DNA from: Candidatus Altimarinota bacterium
GTDB lineage: Bacteria; Patescibacteriota; Gracilibacteria; 1-14-2-50-48-13
Direction: 5' to 3'
NCBI GenBank assembly: GCA_046314355.1
Contig: JBKBWQ010000001.1
Location: 64,001-128,000 of the forward strand
DNA: 64,000 nucleotides
Made by a program: the position numbers and the translations under genes. How positions within the stretch are numbered: position 1 is the first letter of the stretch; each line of letters begins with the position of its first letter. Below are positions 20,178 to 30,051 of the stretch, one piece after another. Under the pieces are notes generated by a model that did no database searches, was not told the origin of the DNA, and worked only from the letters and a program-made list of their open reading frames with translations.

Positions 20178-21556
20178 AATAAGATCAGTTTATAAAAAGT
20201 ATTATGCGTGAAAAGGAGGATTTATCATGCTGTCATATATAGCTTTCTTATTAATATTAATTTTAATTGCTCAATTTCATGATCAAAAGAAACAAATAAA
20301 TATTGTTTTTGTTGGATTCATTATTGAAACAATACTATTTATATTTTTTAAGGGTATGCATGCATGGATTCATCATTTTGGTGAATACAGTAGATACATG
20401 TTATTTATTAATCTAGCTCTGTTACTCCCTGGCTTTGGAGTCTTAGCACATTATTTTGAAGAAAGTGGTGTTGCAAAAAGGATTGCAAAGTTTGTGACCA
20501 GTGATGGTCAGCTTTTGTGGATTGTATTTGGGTTATCTATATTGTTAGATAACATTGCAGCAGCCTTAATTGGATGTGTATTCTTGAAAGCGCGTTACGG
20601 TCAACCACCTTTTAAATTGTTGGTTGGCTGTATTGGAGCATCAAATTTAGGAGGAGCTGCAAGCTTTATAGGCGACACAACAACTGTAATGCTGTATCTC
20701 TCCGGAGTCTCACCGCTTGTCCTTTCAAAGGCATTTGCAGCAAGTATTCCGGCTCAATGGCTCTTAGTGAAATATGTTTCAAAACATGAAGCACAACCAA
20801 TTAAATTGAGCAGGAAAGAACCAACTCCTTTAAAGGTAAGAAACTTCGCACCTTTACTAGGCATTCCAGGTTTAATTCTCGGCAATCAATTTCATGACCA
20901 AGCTGGTCTAGGATTAATTGTCGGTATTACACTAGGTTTAGTATTAGCAAAAGTAAGAATCTCTAAAAAACTTATTCTTGATGCTGTACCGTCTACAGTA
21001 TTTCTTTTACTATTAGTAGCCTCAGCTGAATCTGTTCCTTTGGAACCAATTAAGGCATTAATGGTAGGAAAAAATACAAATGCTGTCGCAATAATAACTG
21101 GAATATTATCAAGTTTCTTTGATAATATTCCACTGACTGCACTATGTATTGCTCTTAAGGACTTTGACTGGTCCTTGTTGGCATATTGTGTAGGATATGG
21201 TGGCTCTATGATGTGGTTTGGCTCAAGTACAGGGATTGCTGTAGTCAAAGAATTCAGAGAAGTTGGAAACACTAAAAAATGGATTAAACCATTTTTTGTA
21301 TTACTAGGAATTTATTTCTCAGGGGTACTCTCATATCTTCTAATATGGCATGGAATTATTCCGACTTTGGAAGGATTCTTCCAGGTTGTTGTGGGGAGTA
21401 TGATTTTATTAAGTGTGGTAAGTGTGGCATTTGCAGGAATACTCTATATACAGTTTAGACTTGCAAAAGCTGGGAAAAGATATTTTCCAGGAAATAAAAT
21501 TTTTCGTAGCTGGTTAGCCGAATTAAAAGCTGACTGGCATTAAAACTGATCTTATT
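20178..21556. repeat. Perfect 14-bp inverted repeat pair flanking the NhaD-like gene
   Basis: AATAAGATCAGTTT (20178-20191) and AAACTGATCTTATT (21543-21556). Confidence 0.75.
20227..21543 (+). CDS. IT-superfamily transporter, NhaD-like Na+/H+ antiporter / CitMHS family
   Basis: LLDNIAAALI, SNLGGAASFIGDTTT, SSFFDNIPL, GGSMMWFGSSTG; SD AAGGAGG at 20213-20219. Confidence 0.82.
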   Translation: MLSYIAFLLILILIAQFHDQKKQINIVFVGFIIETILFIFFKGMHAWIHHFGEYSRYMLFINLALLLPGFGVLAHYFEESGVAKRIAKFVTSDGQLLWIVFGLSILLDNIAAALIGCVFLKARYGQPPFKLLVGCIGASNLGGAASFIGDTTTVMLYLSGVSPLVLSKAFAASIPAQWLLVKYVSKHEAQPIKLSRKEPTPLKVRNFAPLLGIPGLILGNQFHDQAGLGLIVGITLGLVLAKVRISKKLILDAVPSTVFLLLLVASAESVPLEPIKALMVGKNTNAVAIITGILSSFFDNIPLTALCIALKDFDWSLLAYCVGYGGSMMWFGSSTGIAVVKEFREVGNTKKWIKPFFVLLGIYFSGVLSYLLIWHGIIPTLEGFFQVVVGSMILLSVVSVAFAGILYIQFRLAKAGKRYFPGNKIFRSWLAELKADWH

Positions 21557-21557
21557 A

Positions 21558-21596
21558 AAAACCCCTGAATCAAAATAATTCAGGGGTTTTCTTTTT
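21558..21596. terminator. Bidirectional intrinsic terminator
   Basis: AAAACCCCTGAAT / ATTCAGGGGTTTT between convergent antiporter genes. Confidence 0.88.
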
Positions 21597-21598
21597 GA

Positions 21599-23365
21599 TT
21601 AATCCAAAAACCTTATCGGTATATTCATCGTCTTGAAATGCTCAAGTCTAAAGTCCAATACTCTTCGCCCTACAAAGATCACAGATAACTTCTTCTCCTC
21701 GTTGGAAAGTTTGGCAACGTTCTCTTCGAGCAGTCCTCTGTGATGTACGATGGAGAGGTTTACCTGAGGGAGTCCTTCATTGTGATTTTTTGCATTATAA
21801 TCTGCTGCTGCTACTGTTGCGTTCTTTGTGATCTCATTTGCTTTCTCCTGGGTATACTTGTCCTCCATACAATTGAGTATAAGAAGCTCATGAATATTGT
21901 GCTTCATACACCATTCCATAGCAACGGGGAGTCTTCTTTCATATGAATTACCACGGGTAGCTAGTACTGCGCTTTGCTTCTTCAGTACTACTTCATCCTC
22001 ATCATTATTTTCAATTTTATCAGCTACACCAAGTACCTTCGCTACAAGCGGAGTAAGAGGCGGCTGAATGATAAGGGTACAAAGGATCACCCACATACCG
22101 ATAGGAAGTAATCCCTCGATACCAGTAATACCGCTACTCACTACAGTTACGAGGAGTACAGCAGGGATCGCTCCTGTCTCACGTACAAATGAGATGAATA
22201 CAAGGTCCTTCCATTTTAACTCTTCGTTTTTAAAGAGCTTAAATGGAGCAAGACTTACGAATACTGCAATAGGTCTAATAATGAACATGAATATAAATGC
22301 AGCTACTAGACCGATTCCGGCATAGGAAATCATCGCTGCAGGATCTACGAGAGCTCCTAACAATAGAAAGATAAATGGCTTTAGGAAACCATCGATTGTT
22401 CTATTAAAGAAATGTTCTGTTTCCTTTAAATGTTCCGAAAGAATAAGTAGAAGTCCCGCAATGAACGCTGCAAGATATCCAGATCCACCGAAAAGAAGTG
22501 CTACTGTAAATACAATAATCGGAATGAAAAGAAAGAAAGCTGCATCTGCTTCGTTCTCAGATCCCTGTTTTTTCTTGAATTTTACAAAAAGCTCTAAAAG
22601 TCCCCATCCGAAAATACCGAAAATAACTCCGAATAAAATCTGCATTCCTAGAATACTCGCCGTCTCTCTAGAGAAGAGTAGACCAAAGTTTGCAAGCATA
22701 TCTGTCTGGAAAACAACTCCAGTACTTGCCATTGTAAGAAACGCAATAGTCAGGAGTGTGCCTGTTACGTCTGTCATCGCGCTCTCTGAGATAATGATAT
22801 CCTTTGTATCTCTATTCTTGAAACGAAGAACTTTAAGCACCGGAATGATTGCAGCAGGATCAGTTGAAGCAAGTATTGCTCCAAGTAATACTACTGTTAC
22901 TGCTGTAAGCGGAGACCCAAGCAATCCTGATATGGGAAGTAAGCTTCCTGAAAATAGAAGTGCCGTGAGTCCAAGTCCAATGAAAGAAAGTGAGAGAATT
23001 TTCCAAAACAGTCTTTTAAAGTTTTTGAAGGGAACCTCCAGACCTCCTCCAAAGAGGATAAGTGTAGCTCCAAGTCCCACGATAGTACTCAAAACTTCCT
23101 GATTACCCGTAATACTTCCTAAAAGCGGACGTGCTGCGATACCAAAGAATATGGCAACTACGAAAGAGGGAAGTATTGTCTGCGAAGAGACATAAATCAC
23201 CAGAGCACTAAGACTAAGCATCAATGACATCTCAAAGAAAATGAGAAGCATTTCTGCCTCACCATTATGGTGAATAAACTCATGAATAGCTGTATTCTGT
23301 TGTCCAAGGAGTACTACTAGAATAAGGGACACAGCTATGCCAAGATACGGAAGGAATTTACGCAT
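21599..23365 (-). CDS. Cation:proton antiporter (CPA1/NhaP family) with C-terminal USP-like domain
   Basis: ILFGGGL, GAILASTDPAAIIPVL, ESAMTD, SGYLAAFIAG, FIIRP; soluble C-terminal alpha/beta tail. Confidence 0.88.
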   Translation of the reverse strand: MRKFLPYLGIAVSLILVVLLGQQNTAIHEFIHHNGEAEMLLIFFEMSLMLSLSALVIYVSSQTILPSFVVAIFFGIAARPLLGSITGNQEVLSTIVGLGATLILFGGGLEVPFKNFKRLFWKILSLSFIGLGLTALLFSGSLLPISGLLGSPLTAVTVVLLGAILASTDPAAIIPVLKVLRFKNRDTKDIIISESAMTDVTGTLLTIAFLTMASTGVVFQTDMLANFGLLFSRETASILGMQILFGVIFGIFGWGLLELFVKFKKKQGSENEADAAFFLFIPIIVFTVALLFGGSGYLAAFIAGLLLILSEHLKETEHFFNRTIDGFLKPFIFLLLGALVDPAAMISYAGIGLVAAFIFMFIIRPIAVFVSLAPFKLFKNEELKWKDLVFISFVRETGAIPAVLLVTVVSSGITGIEGLLPIGMWVILCTLIIQPPLTPLVAKVLGVADKIENNDEDEVVLKKQSAVLATRGNSYERRLPVAMEWCMKHNIHELLILNCMEDKYTQEKANEITKNATVAAADYNAKNHNEGLPQVNLSIVHHRGLLEENVAKLSNEEKKLSVIFVGRRVLDFRLEHFKTMNIPIRFLD

Positions 23366-23429
23366 ACGAGAAGATTAAAAATAGCTAGGATATATTATGC
23401 TCTTTTTTCTTCACATCAACGGAAATTAT

Positions 23430-24608
23430 TTATTTTTTATCTAAAGCGTTAATCTCATGCATTATCTCCTGTGCCTCATCAGTATGTAGTACCCAAATAT
23501 CTGCAGTAGAGTCTTCCTTTTTTATATTAGAAGGGGCAATGTTTGCGTTATTTTTCTTTGTATCAATTACAATTCCTAATGCCTCAAGTCCAGAGATGAT
23601 TTTTTCCCTCAGGTAAAAGGATGCTTCACCGGTTCCTGCTGTAAATACAATTGCGTCGCACCCTCCCAAAGCTGCTGTATACCCTCCAATATATTTTTGA
23701 ATATGATACACATAAGATTTAATGGCATTTTGACAGAGATCATTGCCTGCATTTGCTTGCTCAATGATGATTCTCATATCAGAGATGCCGCCTGTAAGTC
23801 CTTTTAGGCCTGACTCATAGTTGAGAATATTTTCTACTTTTTCTATAGCTTCATGAAGAGTGAGATTCTCCTCCTGATGCTTTAGAAGTTCTATAACAAC
23901 CCCTGGATCCATATCTCCGCCTCGTGTACGCATGATGATTCCTTCTAGCGGAGTAAGCCCCATGGACGTATCAAGACTTTTACCGTTTTTAATTGCTGTA
24001 ATACTTGAACCACTGCCGAGATGACAAATAATAATTCTACCTGGAAGCTTTTTTTTATAAAGAATAGTGAGCTGTTTGAGAATTGACTGACATGAAAGTC
24101 CATGAAAGCCGTATTTTCTTATTCCAAAGTTATTTTCAAAAGCTTTAGGAAGCGCATAATTAGCTATGTACTCAGGTATGGAACTATGAAATGCCGTATC
24201 AAACGAAGCATAAATGGGAGTATGTGGAACTCTACGAAGAAGTTTTTCTATAATTTTTATTGCTGGCGGATTATGAAGAGGAGCAAGACTGCTGATCTTT
24301 TTTAAATTTTTGAGTACTTCCGGAGTTATTCTTGTGGTTTTCTTGAATGTAGGACCTCCATGTACTACACGTATGCCAATAGCTGCAAAATCTTTCTGAG
24401 ACACTATTATTTTCTGTTTTTTCAATGTTGAAAAAATCATTTTGAGAGGATCAAGAGCTTCCTCTTTCGTGAGACATTTTTCACTTCCCTGACAGAGGAC
24501 ACACGAGTACGGTCCTGAATGCTCAAGAGTCCCTGATAAAATCTCTTTTTTATTTGAATATACTGCAAATTTTGTACTGGAACTTCCAGGGTTAAGGACA
24601 AGTATCAT
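23430..24608 (-). CDS. ackA: Acetate kinase
   Basis: VLNPGSSSTKF, RVVHGG, APLHNP, FDTAFH, YGFHGLS, HLGSGSS, DTSMGLTPLEG; ATG at 24608. Confidence 0.96.
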   Translation of the reverse strand: MILVLNPGSSSTKFAVYSNKKEILSGTLEHSGPYSCVLCQGSEKCLTKEEALDPLKMIFSTLKKQKIIVSQKDFAAIGIRVVHGGPTFKKTTRITPEVLKNLKKISSLAPLHNPPAIKIIEKLLRRVPHTPIYASFDTAFHSSIPEYIANYALPKAFENNFGIRKYGFHGLSCQSILKQLTILYKKKLPGRIIICHLGSGSSITAIKNGKSLDTSMGLTPLEGIIMRTRGGDMDPGVVIELLKHQEENLTLHEAIEKVENILNYESGLKGLTGGISDMRIIIEQANAGNDLCQNAIKSYVYHIQKYIGGYTAALGGCDAIVFTAGTGEASFYLREKIISGLEALGIVIDTKKNNANIAPSNIKKEDSTADIWVLHTDEAQEIMHEINALDKK

Positions 24609-24622
24609 ATAGTGTTGTTTTA

Positions 24623-26965
24623 TTATTCCCACTTCCATTCAGTGATCCACTCAGGATCAGTACCGAATTCTGTGATATAAGCTCTATGGGAGAGAAGAAG
24701 ATTTTCGATCTCTTTTCTTGCTACATCGCAGGTTCTGGAAGGTGCAAGGTTCTGTTCCTTCATAATTTCGAGTGCATCCATGATGAGATGGTATCTGCTG
24801 GTCTGATTTCTCACATGCATATCAAAAGGTGTCGTCGTAGAACCCTCTTCCATATATCCATGAATATGGAATCTAGAAGGCGCCTCCTTAGTATCAAAAA
24901 TGAGATGTTTTACATCTGCTGTATATCCGTGATAGTTGAAAATTACGTGTTTATCAGGAGTAAAATATGAATTAAACTCTTTATTCGTAGTAAGAGATCT
25001 TGGATCTGAAACACCTAGTGCAGTCATTTCAGAGACGTTTACATACCTTGTCTTGATTTCAGGGAATCTCTCTCTAAGCCATTTGACTGCAGCAAGAGTC
25101 TCTGTTGTCTGATAGAATCCTGCACTTGCGAAGACGATATCAGGATTCTTCTTACTTGCAAAATCCCAGATACCAATACCCGTTTTTACCTGTTTTCGGG
25201 CTTCATCAAGACTAAGCCACTGTAGTGCTTCCTGTTTGCAGGTAACAATTACATTAATACAATTTGTATCAGTAAGACACTCTTCCATTACTGCGATAGT
25301 ACTATTCAGATCTACAGGGAAGTACACACTTGCGAAGTTTCCATTTTTTTCAAGAATATTACTTACAAATCCAGGATTTTGATGAGAGAAACCGTTGTGA
25401 TCCTGTCTCCATCCAAGACTTGCAAGTAAATAATTGAAAGATGGAACTGGCTTTCTCCATGCGTATTCACGTGAAGCTTTTAGAAATTTTCCATATTGAT
25501 CGCACATGCTTGAGACGATCTGGATGAAAGCTTCATAGGAAGAAAAAATCCCGTGCCGTCCTGTAAGAACGTATCCCTGCATCATTCCCTGAAGCGTGTG
25601 TTCCGAGAGCATTTCTACGGTTCTACCATGTGGAGAGATGGATACATCATGCTGAAGAATTGGCCATTGAAAAGCTCTAGGTGCTGCTTCATAGACAGCA
25701 TCGAGTTTATTTGAAGTGGTCTCATCAGGACAGAAAAGCCGTGCGGAAGTAGGATTATTTTTGATAATATCTCTAAAATAGGTTCCTGCTCCTTTTGTGG
25801 CAAAACCGATATCATGACCTCTTTTTCCTAGAGGGAATGCATAGTTTTTGAGTTTCGGAAGTTTCAATGCTTTTCTGATTTCTCCGCCGAAGGCATGTTT
25901 ATTGTTTCCCATTCGTAGCTTTTCGGGAGGCAGCATGGCAAGGATATCCTTTGAAAATCCTTTTTTAGCATCATAAAGTTCTTCAATCTTGTAGCTTTTC
26001 AGCCATTTTTCAAGGGCTTTAAGTTCTGTGGGATCGTTTTTTGGATCGTGTACTACTATCTGATGTGAGAGATTATTATTTTCAATATCTTGTCCATGAA
26101 GTGTTTTGATCCCAGTCCATCCCTTCGCACTTCTTAGGATAACCATCGGCCACTGAGGTTTAAGTACATCCTTTTCGGTACGTGCCGTAGTCTGAATAGC
26201 TTTAATCTCTTTATATGCAGCATGCATTGTCTCAGACATTATTGCATGTGGATCTTTTGCTTTGAAAATGTCTACGAAGTGAACTTTGTATCCGTATCCT
26301 TCATAAAGCTTTGTAAGTTCCTTATCACTCATTCTTCCTGTGATAGTTGGACCTGTAATCTTGTATCCATTTAAATGAAGAATAGGAAGCACGGCTCCAT
26401 CCTGCTTAGGATCGAGAAACTTATTACTATGCCAAGCAGCGGCTGTAGGACCAGTCTCAGCTTCACCGTCTCCGATGATACATGCGGCGATAAGATCAGG
26501 GTTATCCATCACTGCGCCGAAAGCTGTAGAAAGACTATACCCAAGTTCACCTCCTTCAACGATCATTCCAGGAGCACCAGGATTGGAGTGACTTGGAAAT
26601 CCGTATGCTTGCGAGAATTTGTGAATTAATTCTGAAAGACCTTTGTAGTTATATGGAAGATTTTTGTAATATTTTGTAAGTGTTTTCTCTAAGAAAAGAC
26701 TAGCCTGAATAGCAGGGAATCCATGGCCGGGACCCAGGATAAACATCATGTTTGCATTGTTTTCTTTGATGATTTCATTGAGATGCATCCATGTAAAATT
26801 GATACCTGGTACCGTACCCCAATGTCCAAGAAGGCGAGCCTTGATATGCTCGGGTTTAAGCGGCTCTTGTAGGAGAAAGTTATCTTGAAGGAAAATCTGC
26901 GCGGCAGCTACGTAGTTTAGTGCCCGGAAATATTCAGGAAAATGAGAGGAAGAGGATGGTTTCAT
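24623..26965 (-). CDS. xfp: Xylulose-5-P/fructose-6-P phosphoketolase
   Basis: LLGHWGT, GPGHG, EGGELGY, GDGEAETGP (TPP motif), PDETTSN, LSEH, QDHNGFSHQNP, EEGSTTTPFDM. Confidence 0.97.
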   Translation of the reverse strand: MKPSSSSHFPEYFRALNYVAAAQIFLQDNFLLQEPLKPEHIKARLLGHWGTVPGINFTWMHLNEIIKENNANMMFILGPGHGFPAIQASLFLEKTLTKYYKNLPYNYKGLSELIHKFSQAYGFPSHSNPGAPGMIVEGGELGYSLSTAFGAVMDNPDLIAACIIGDGEAETGPTAAAWHSNKFLDPKQDGAVLPILHLNGYKITGPTITGRMSDKELTKLYEGYGYKVHFVDIFKAKDPHAIMSETMHAAYKEIKAIQTTARTEKDVLKPQWPMVILRSAKGWTGIKTLHGQDIENNNLSHQIVVHDPKNDPTELKALEKWLKSYKIEELYDAKKGFSKDILAMLPPEKLRMGNNKHAFGGEIRKALKLPKLKNYAFPLGKRGHDIGFATKGAGTYFRDIIKNNPTSARLFCPDETTSNKLDAVYEAAPRAFQWPILQHDVSISPHGRTVEMLSEHTLQGMMQGYVLTGRHGIFSSYEAFIQIVSSMCDQYGKFLKASREYAWRKPVPSFNYLLASLGWRQDHNGFSHQNPGFVSNILEKNGNFASVYFPVDLNSTIAVMEECLTDTNCINVIVTCKQEALQWLSLDEARKQVKTGIGIWDFASKKNPDIVFASAGFYQTTETLAAVKWLRERFPEIKTRYVNVSEMTALGVSDPRSLTTNKEFNSYFTPDKHVIFNYHGYTADVKHLIFDTKEAPSRFHIHGYMEEGSTTTPFDMHVRNQTSRYHLIMDALEIMKEQNLAPSRTCDVARKEIENLLLSHRAYITEFGTDPEWITEWKWE

Positions 26966-27097
26966 AGACTTAAATCTAGAGATAGAATCTGTCTTTTAAG
27001 TATACCACGTAAGCCTTTTTAATACAAAGAACTATAATAACTTATTGTGATTTAATCATAGTATCGAATATTGCTTCATTTCATAAGTAAACAAAAA

Positions 27098-27919
27098 TTA
27101 ATTTACAAACTGCATATTATATTTCTGAATCAGTCCAGTAAGGATTATAGCAACTTCCCCTTTTGTGATAGAGTTTCCTGCGTTCAGCCTCTTAGATTCA
27201 TCTTTTAGTATATTGTTTGAAACAAGAATATACACATATGGAGCATACCAATCTTGTACTGAGACGTCAGTGAAATATACGTAAGTATAGTCTGAGTGCT
27301 GACTTTTCCATAAGGCGAATGATTGTGATATTTGTGATGGTGAATATTTGGCAGAAGCGATGAGTTTTAGGGCTTCTGCTTTTGAGAGAGTTTTATTTGG
27401 TCTAAAGGTGCGGTCTGAATAACCGCTGATCAATTTGCTCTCATACATGCTCATCACTGCAGAATAAAAACTATCTTTCTCTGAAATATCGCTGAAGGGA
27501 TTGAGGCTGGTTCTATCTGCAGTCGGTATTGAAAATGTTTTCGCAAGCAGAGAAGCTATCTCTCCTCTATTCAAAGGCTGATCTGGAGTGATAATACGGT
27601 CAGATGATTCGGGAAAAATATTCGCAGCTAACAGTAGCATGAGTGCGTATCTAGCTGGATGTGTCTCTGAAAGATCTGTGGGAATATATGGAGTGACACA
27701 GTCGGGAGGACAATAGGATAGTTTTTTTGTTTCCTCAATAACTGCTCCTGTACCAGAGATACTGTTGTCATTAACATTGACTTCTGCTGAACTTCGCAGA
27801 TTTTGTGAAGGAGTTTGTATAAGACTACTTTCTAAAAACCTTCCTCCAAGAAATGCAGGTCCAGAGGCAACCGCAATGATAAATACTCCTAGTACAATTT
27901 TTTTTGTTTTTGTGGTCAT
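27098..27919 (-). CDS. S-layer homology (SLH) domain protein
   Basis: N-terminal TM; PLNRGE, PFSDI..ISGYSDRTFRPNKTLSKAEA, FTDV..WYAPY, ITKGE. Confidence 0.9.
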   Translation of the reverse strand: MTTKTKKIVLGVFIIAVASGPAFLGGRFLESSLIQTPSQNLRSSAEVNVNDNSISGTGAVIEETKKLSYCPPDCVTPYIPTDLSETHPARYALMLLLAANIFPESSDRIITPDQPLNRGEIASLLAKTFSIPTADRTSLNPFSDISEKDSFYSAVMSMYESKLISGYSDRTFRPNKTLSKAEALKLIASAKYSPSQISQSFALWKSQHSDYTYVYFTDVSVQDWYAPYVYILVSNNILKDESKRLNAGNSITKGEVAIILTGLIQKYNMQFVN

Positions 27920-28025
27920 ATGGCGAAAAATAATTACTTCACATAATTATACACTAGTTCATCCCCATGCCTTTGTATTTTTTCTCTTTTCCCGAAGCAA
28001 CTTTCATGTAGAATACATCTCGTAC

Positions 28026-28112
28026 GGGCAAATGGCGAAATTGGTAGACGCACTAGCTTCAGGTGCTAGCGGTAGCAATACTGTGAGAGTTCGAATCTCT
28101 CTTTGCCCACCA
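28026..28112 (+). tRNA. tRNA-Leu (CAG)
   Basis: Acceptor GGGCAAA/TTTGCCC, anticodon stem CTAGC/GCTAG with loop TTCAGGT, long variable arm, GAGAG-TTCGAAT-CTCTC, encoded CCA. Confidence 0.97.
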
Positions 28113-28259
28113 TTCTTCGCTGCTAGACGCAGCTACGAATGGCACGGCCATCATGGAATTATTTCGCAAGCGAAATGACTATAAGATGCACGAAGAAGAA
28201 TGTCCCTCGTAGCCTGCACCTGAACATAAAGGTTGTAGTTATTTGTGGCGTAGAGGGAC
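28110..28259. repeat. Structured palindromic element at the tRNA-Leu 3' end
   Basis: CCATTC-TTCGC-hairpin-GCTAC-GAATGG (28110-28142), ATTTCGC-AA-GCGAAAT (28161-28176), and an oppositely oriented GTCCCTC-GTAGC...GCGTA-GAGGGAC (28202-28259). Confidence 0.7.
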
Positions 28260-28418
28260 TCCCAGGCTTAAAGAATAGATGTATATTGGTGCGCTGTGAG
28301 TCTACTCAGGCTCTTTTCAAAACACACCGTAAAAAATTTATCCCTCACTACTAAGTACTCTCACTATCACTCACACTCCGAGCCTATTCATGTATAACTT
28401 TGATTCTCATCACAAACA

Positions 28419-28450
28419 AAAAAAGCTCTTCAGTATTGAAGAGCTTTTTT
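28419..28450. terminator. Bidirectional intrinsic terminator
   Basis: AAAAAAGCTCTTCA-GTAT-TGAAGAGCTTTTTT. Confidence 0.88.
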
Positions 28451-28458
28451 AAACGAAT

Positions 28459-28854
28459 CTATTTATTGAATAGAGGCTTATACTTATCCCAGTTTCTCCA
28501 AAGGAAGTAGATATTCAACACAAGTAGTAAGTCTGCCATGATTGCTCCTGGTGTAAATAACCCTGAGTCAAGAAATGCATGGAATCCTACGATATTTACT
28601 GTAAATGGGAGCAAAAGTAATGCAGCGAGTGCTTCGCGGCGGATCCATAGACATACTACTACAGCGGCAAAGACGATGGCTTCGATAAACATTATATATT
28701 TACTGTCCATAAGCAGTTTGATGAACGCAAACGCTTCAGGAGTACCGTACATGTCAGCAGTTGGTGCAGGGAATATGCCTGTAACACCTAGGATAGGCAT
28801 GATGAGGAGCAATGAAAGGAGTACTTTGCAGATAATGTCGATGACTTTTTTCAT
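28459..28854 (-). CDS. DoxX-like membrane protein
   Basis: Several TMs, ALLLLPFTVNIVGFHAFLD, YKPLF C-terminus; ATG at 28854. Confidence 0.75.
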   Translation of the reverse strand: MKKVIDIICKVLLSLLLIMPILGVTGIFPAPTADMYGTPEAFAFIKLLMDSKYIMFIEAIVFAAVVVCLWIRREALAALLLLPFTVNIVGFHAFLDSGLFTPGAIMADLLLVLNIYFLWRNWDKYKPLFNK

Positions 28855-29023
28855 AGGAAAGATGAGGTAATAATATTGCTCAAATCCTAGCGTAAAATCG
28901 TGAAATGACAAGATTTTTCACTGTTATAGATTGAAAAGATGCTCTTTTATTGAGATAATTATAAAGTAGTATTACAGTTAGATAGATCTCATATATCTCA
29001 TTTATTAAGTAGTAAATAATCTT

Positions 29024-29476
29024 ATGGAACAAGATATAAAAATACTCTACAGCTCTCTCCTCAATGCTTGGAATGCTCAGAATGCTCTAGGTTTTTCAGA
29101 ACTTTTCCTGGAAGACGGAAATGTAATCGGCTATGACGGCAGTCCTTTGAATGGTAAAAAGGCTATTTTCGAAGAGCTTGAACGTATTTTTTCTCATCAT
29201 CCTACATCAAGATTTGTGTATAAAATTTGGGAAATTCGTGAGATAAGTTGTGACACAGTACTTTTAAGATCAGTAGTGGGAATGGTTCCGCGCAGTAATT
29301 TAAACCTTATAGAATCTGTAAATGCTCTGCAGAGTTTGATTGCAGTTCAAAAAGATGGAGAATGGAAGATTGCATTATTCCAGAATACACCTGCTGCTTT
29401 CCATGATAGACCAGAGGAGGTTGCTTCCCTAACTGCTGAACTGAAAGAAGTTATTTTATTACAAATACAAGTATGA
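29024..29476 (+). CDS. SgcJ/EcaC family (NTF2/SnoaL-like) protein
   Basis: AWNAQNA..F.EDG.VIGYDGS, GEWKIALFQNTPA. Confidence 0.88.
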   Translation: MEQDIKILYSSLLNAWNAQNALGFSELFLEDGNVIGYDGSPLNGKKAIFEELERIFSHHPTSRFVYKIWEIREISCDTVLLRSVVGMVPRSNLNLIESVNALQSLIAVQKDGEWKIALFQNTPAAFHDRPEEVASLTAELKEVILLQIQV

Positions 29477-29988
29477 TCACTCTCTACATTGCTCAATCCA
29501 TTGATGGTTACATAGCGACTCCTGATGGTTCCGTAGATTGGCTTTCGCCCTTTGAAGGACTTGAAGAGGATTATGGGTATAAGGTTTTTCTAGATACTGT
29601 AGATACTCTGATCATAGGTAGAAAGACCTTTGATCAGATTGTTTCCTTTGGTGTCTGGCCGTTTTTTGATAAAAAAGTATATGTACTCTCGAGAAATAAT
29701 GCTCCAGAGAATATACCTGAAGGTGTAACTTTCTTTAAAGAATTTGAGGAAATAAAAAAAGTAATGGAGGTTTCGAAGGGTAATGCCTGGCTTGTAGGTG
29801 GAGGAGAAATTATCAAATTATTTCTCGAATCTTCATCTATTGATGAATTAATCCTTTCTACAATTCCGGTCATGTTAGGAGATGGCATTCCACTTTTCCC
29901 AAAAGGATCTTATAAAGGTAACTGGAGTTTTTCGGAAATAAAGACGTATAAGAACGGTCTCATAACAGCTATCTATAATAAATCCTAG
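29473..29988 (+). CDS. Dihydrofolate reductase-family (RibD C-terminal) protein
   Basis: YIAQSIDGYIA, IGRKTF, WLVGGG, IDELIL..IPVMLGDGIPLF; ATGA overlap with upstream gene. Confidence 0.9.
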   Translation: MITLYIAQSIDGYIATPDGSVDWLSPFEGLEEDYGYKVFLDTVDTLIIGRKTFDQIVSFGVWPFFDKKVYVLSRNNAPENIPEGVTFFKEFEEIKKVMEVSKGNAWLVGGGEIIKLFLESSSIDELILSTIPVMLGDGIPLFPKGSYKGNWSFSEIKTYKNGLITAIYNKS

Positions 29989-30051
29989 AGAACATTTTTG
30001 TTTTTAAGAAAAGAGGCGTATGCTAGAGGATGATATTTTTTCAAATATATT

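Noticed and set aside
22461-23102. 213-aa plus-strand ORF and many similar short track ORFs
   Set aside because: Antisense or off-frame shadows of well-supported genes, with no independent motifs
28139-28354. 71-aa ORF or GIY-YIG remnant (ATG TAT ATT GGT = MYIG near 28279) after tRNA-Leu
   Set aside because: The ORF runs through the palindromic element and the MYIG frame stops after six codons; too little to call a pseudogene
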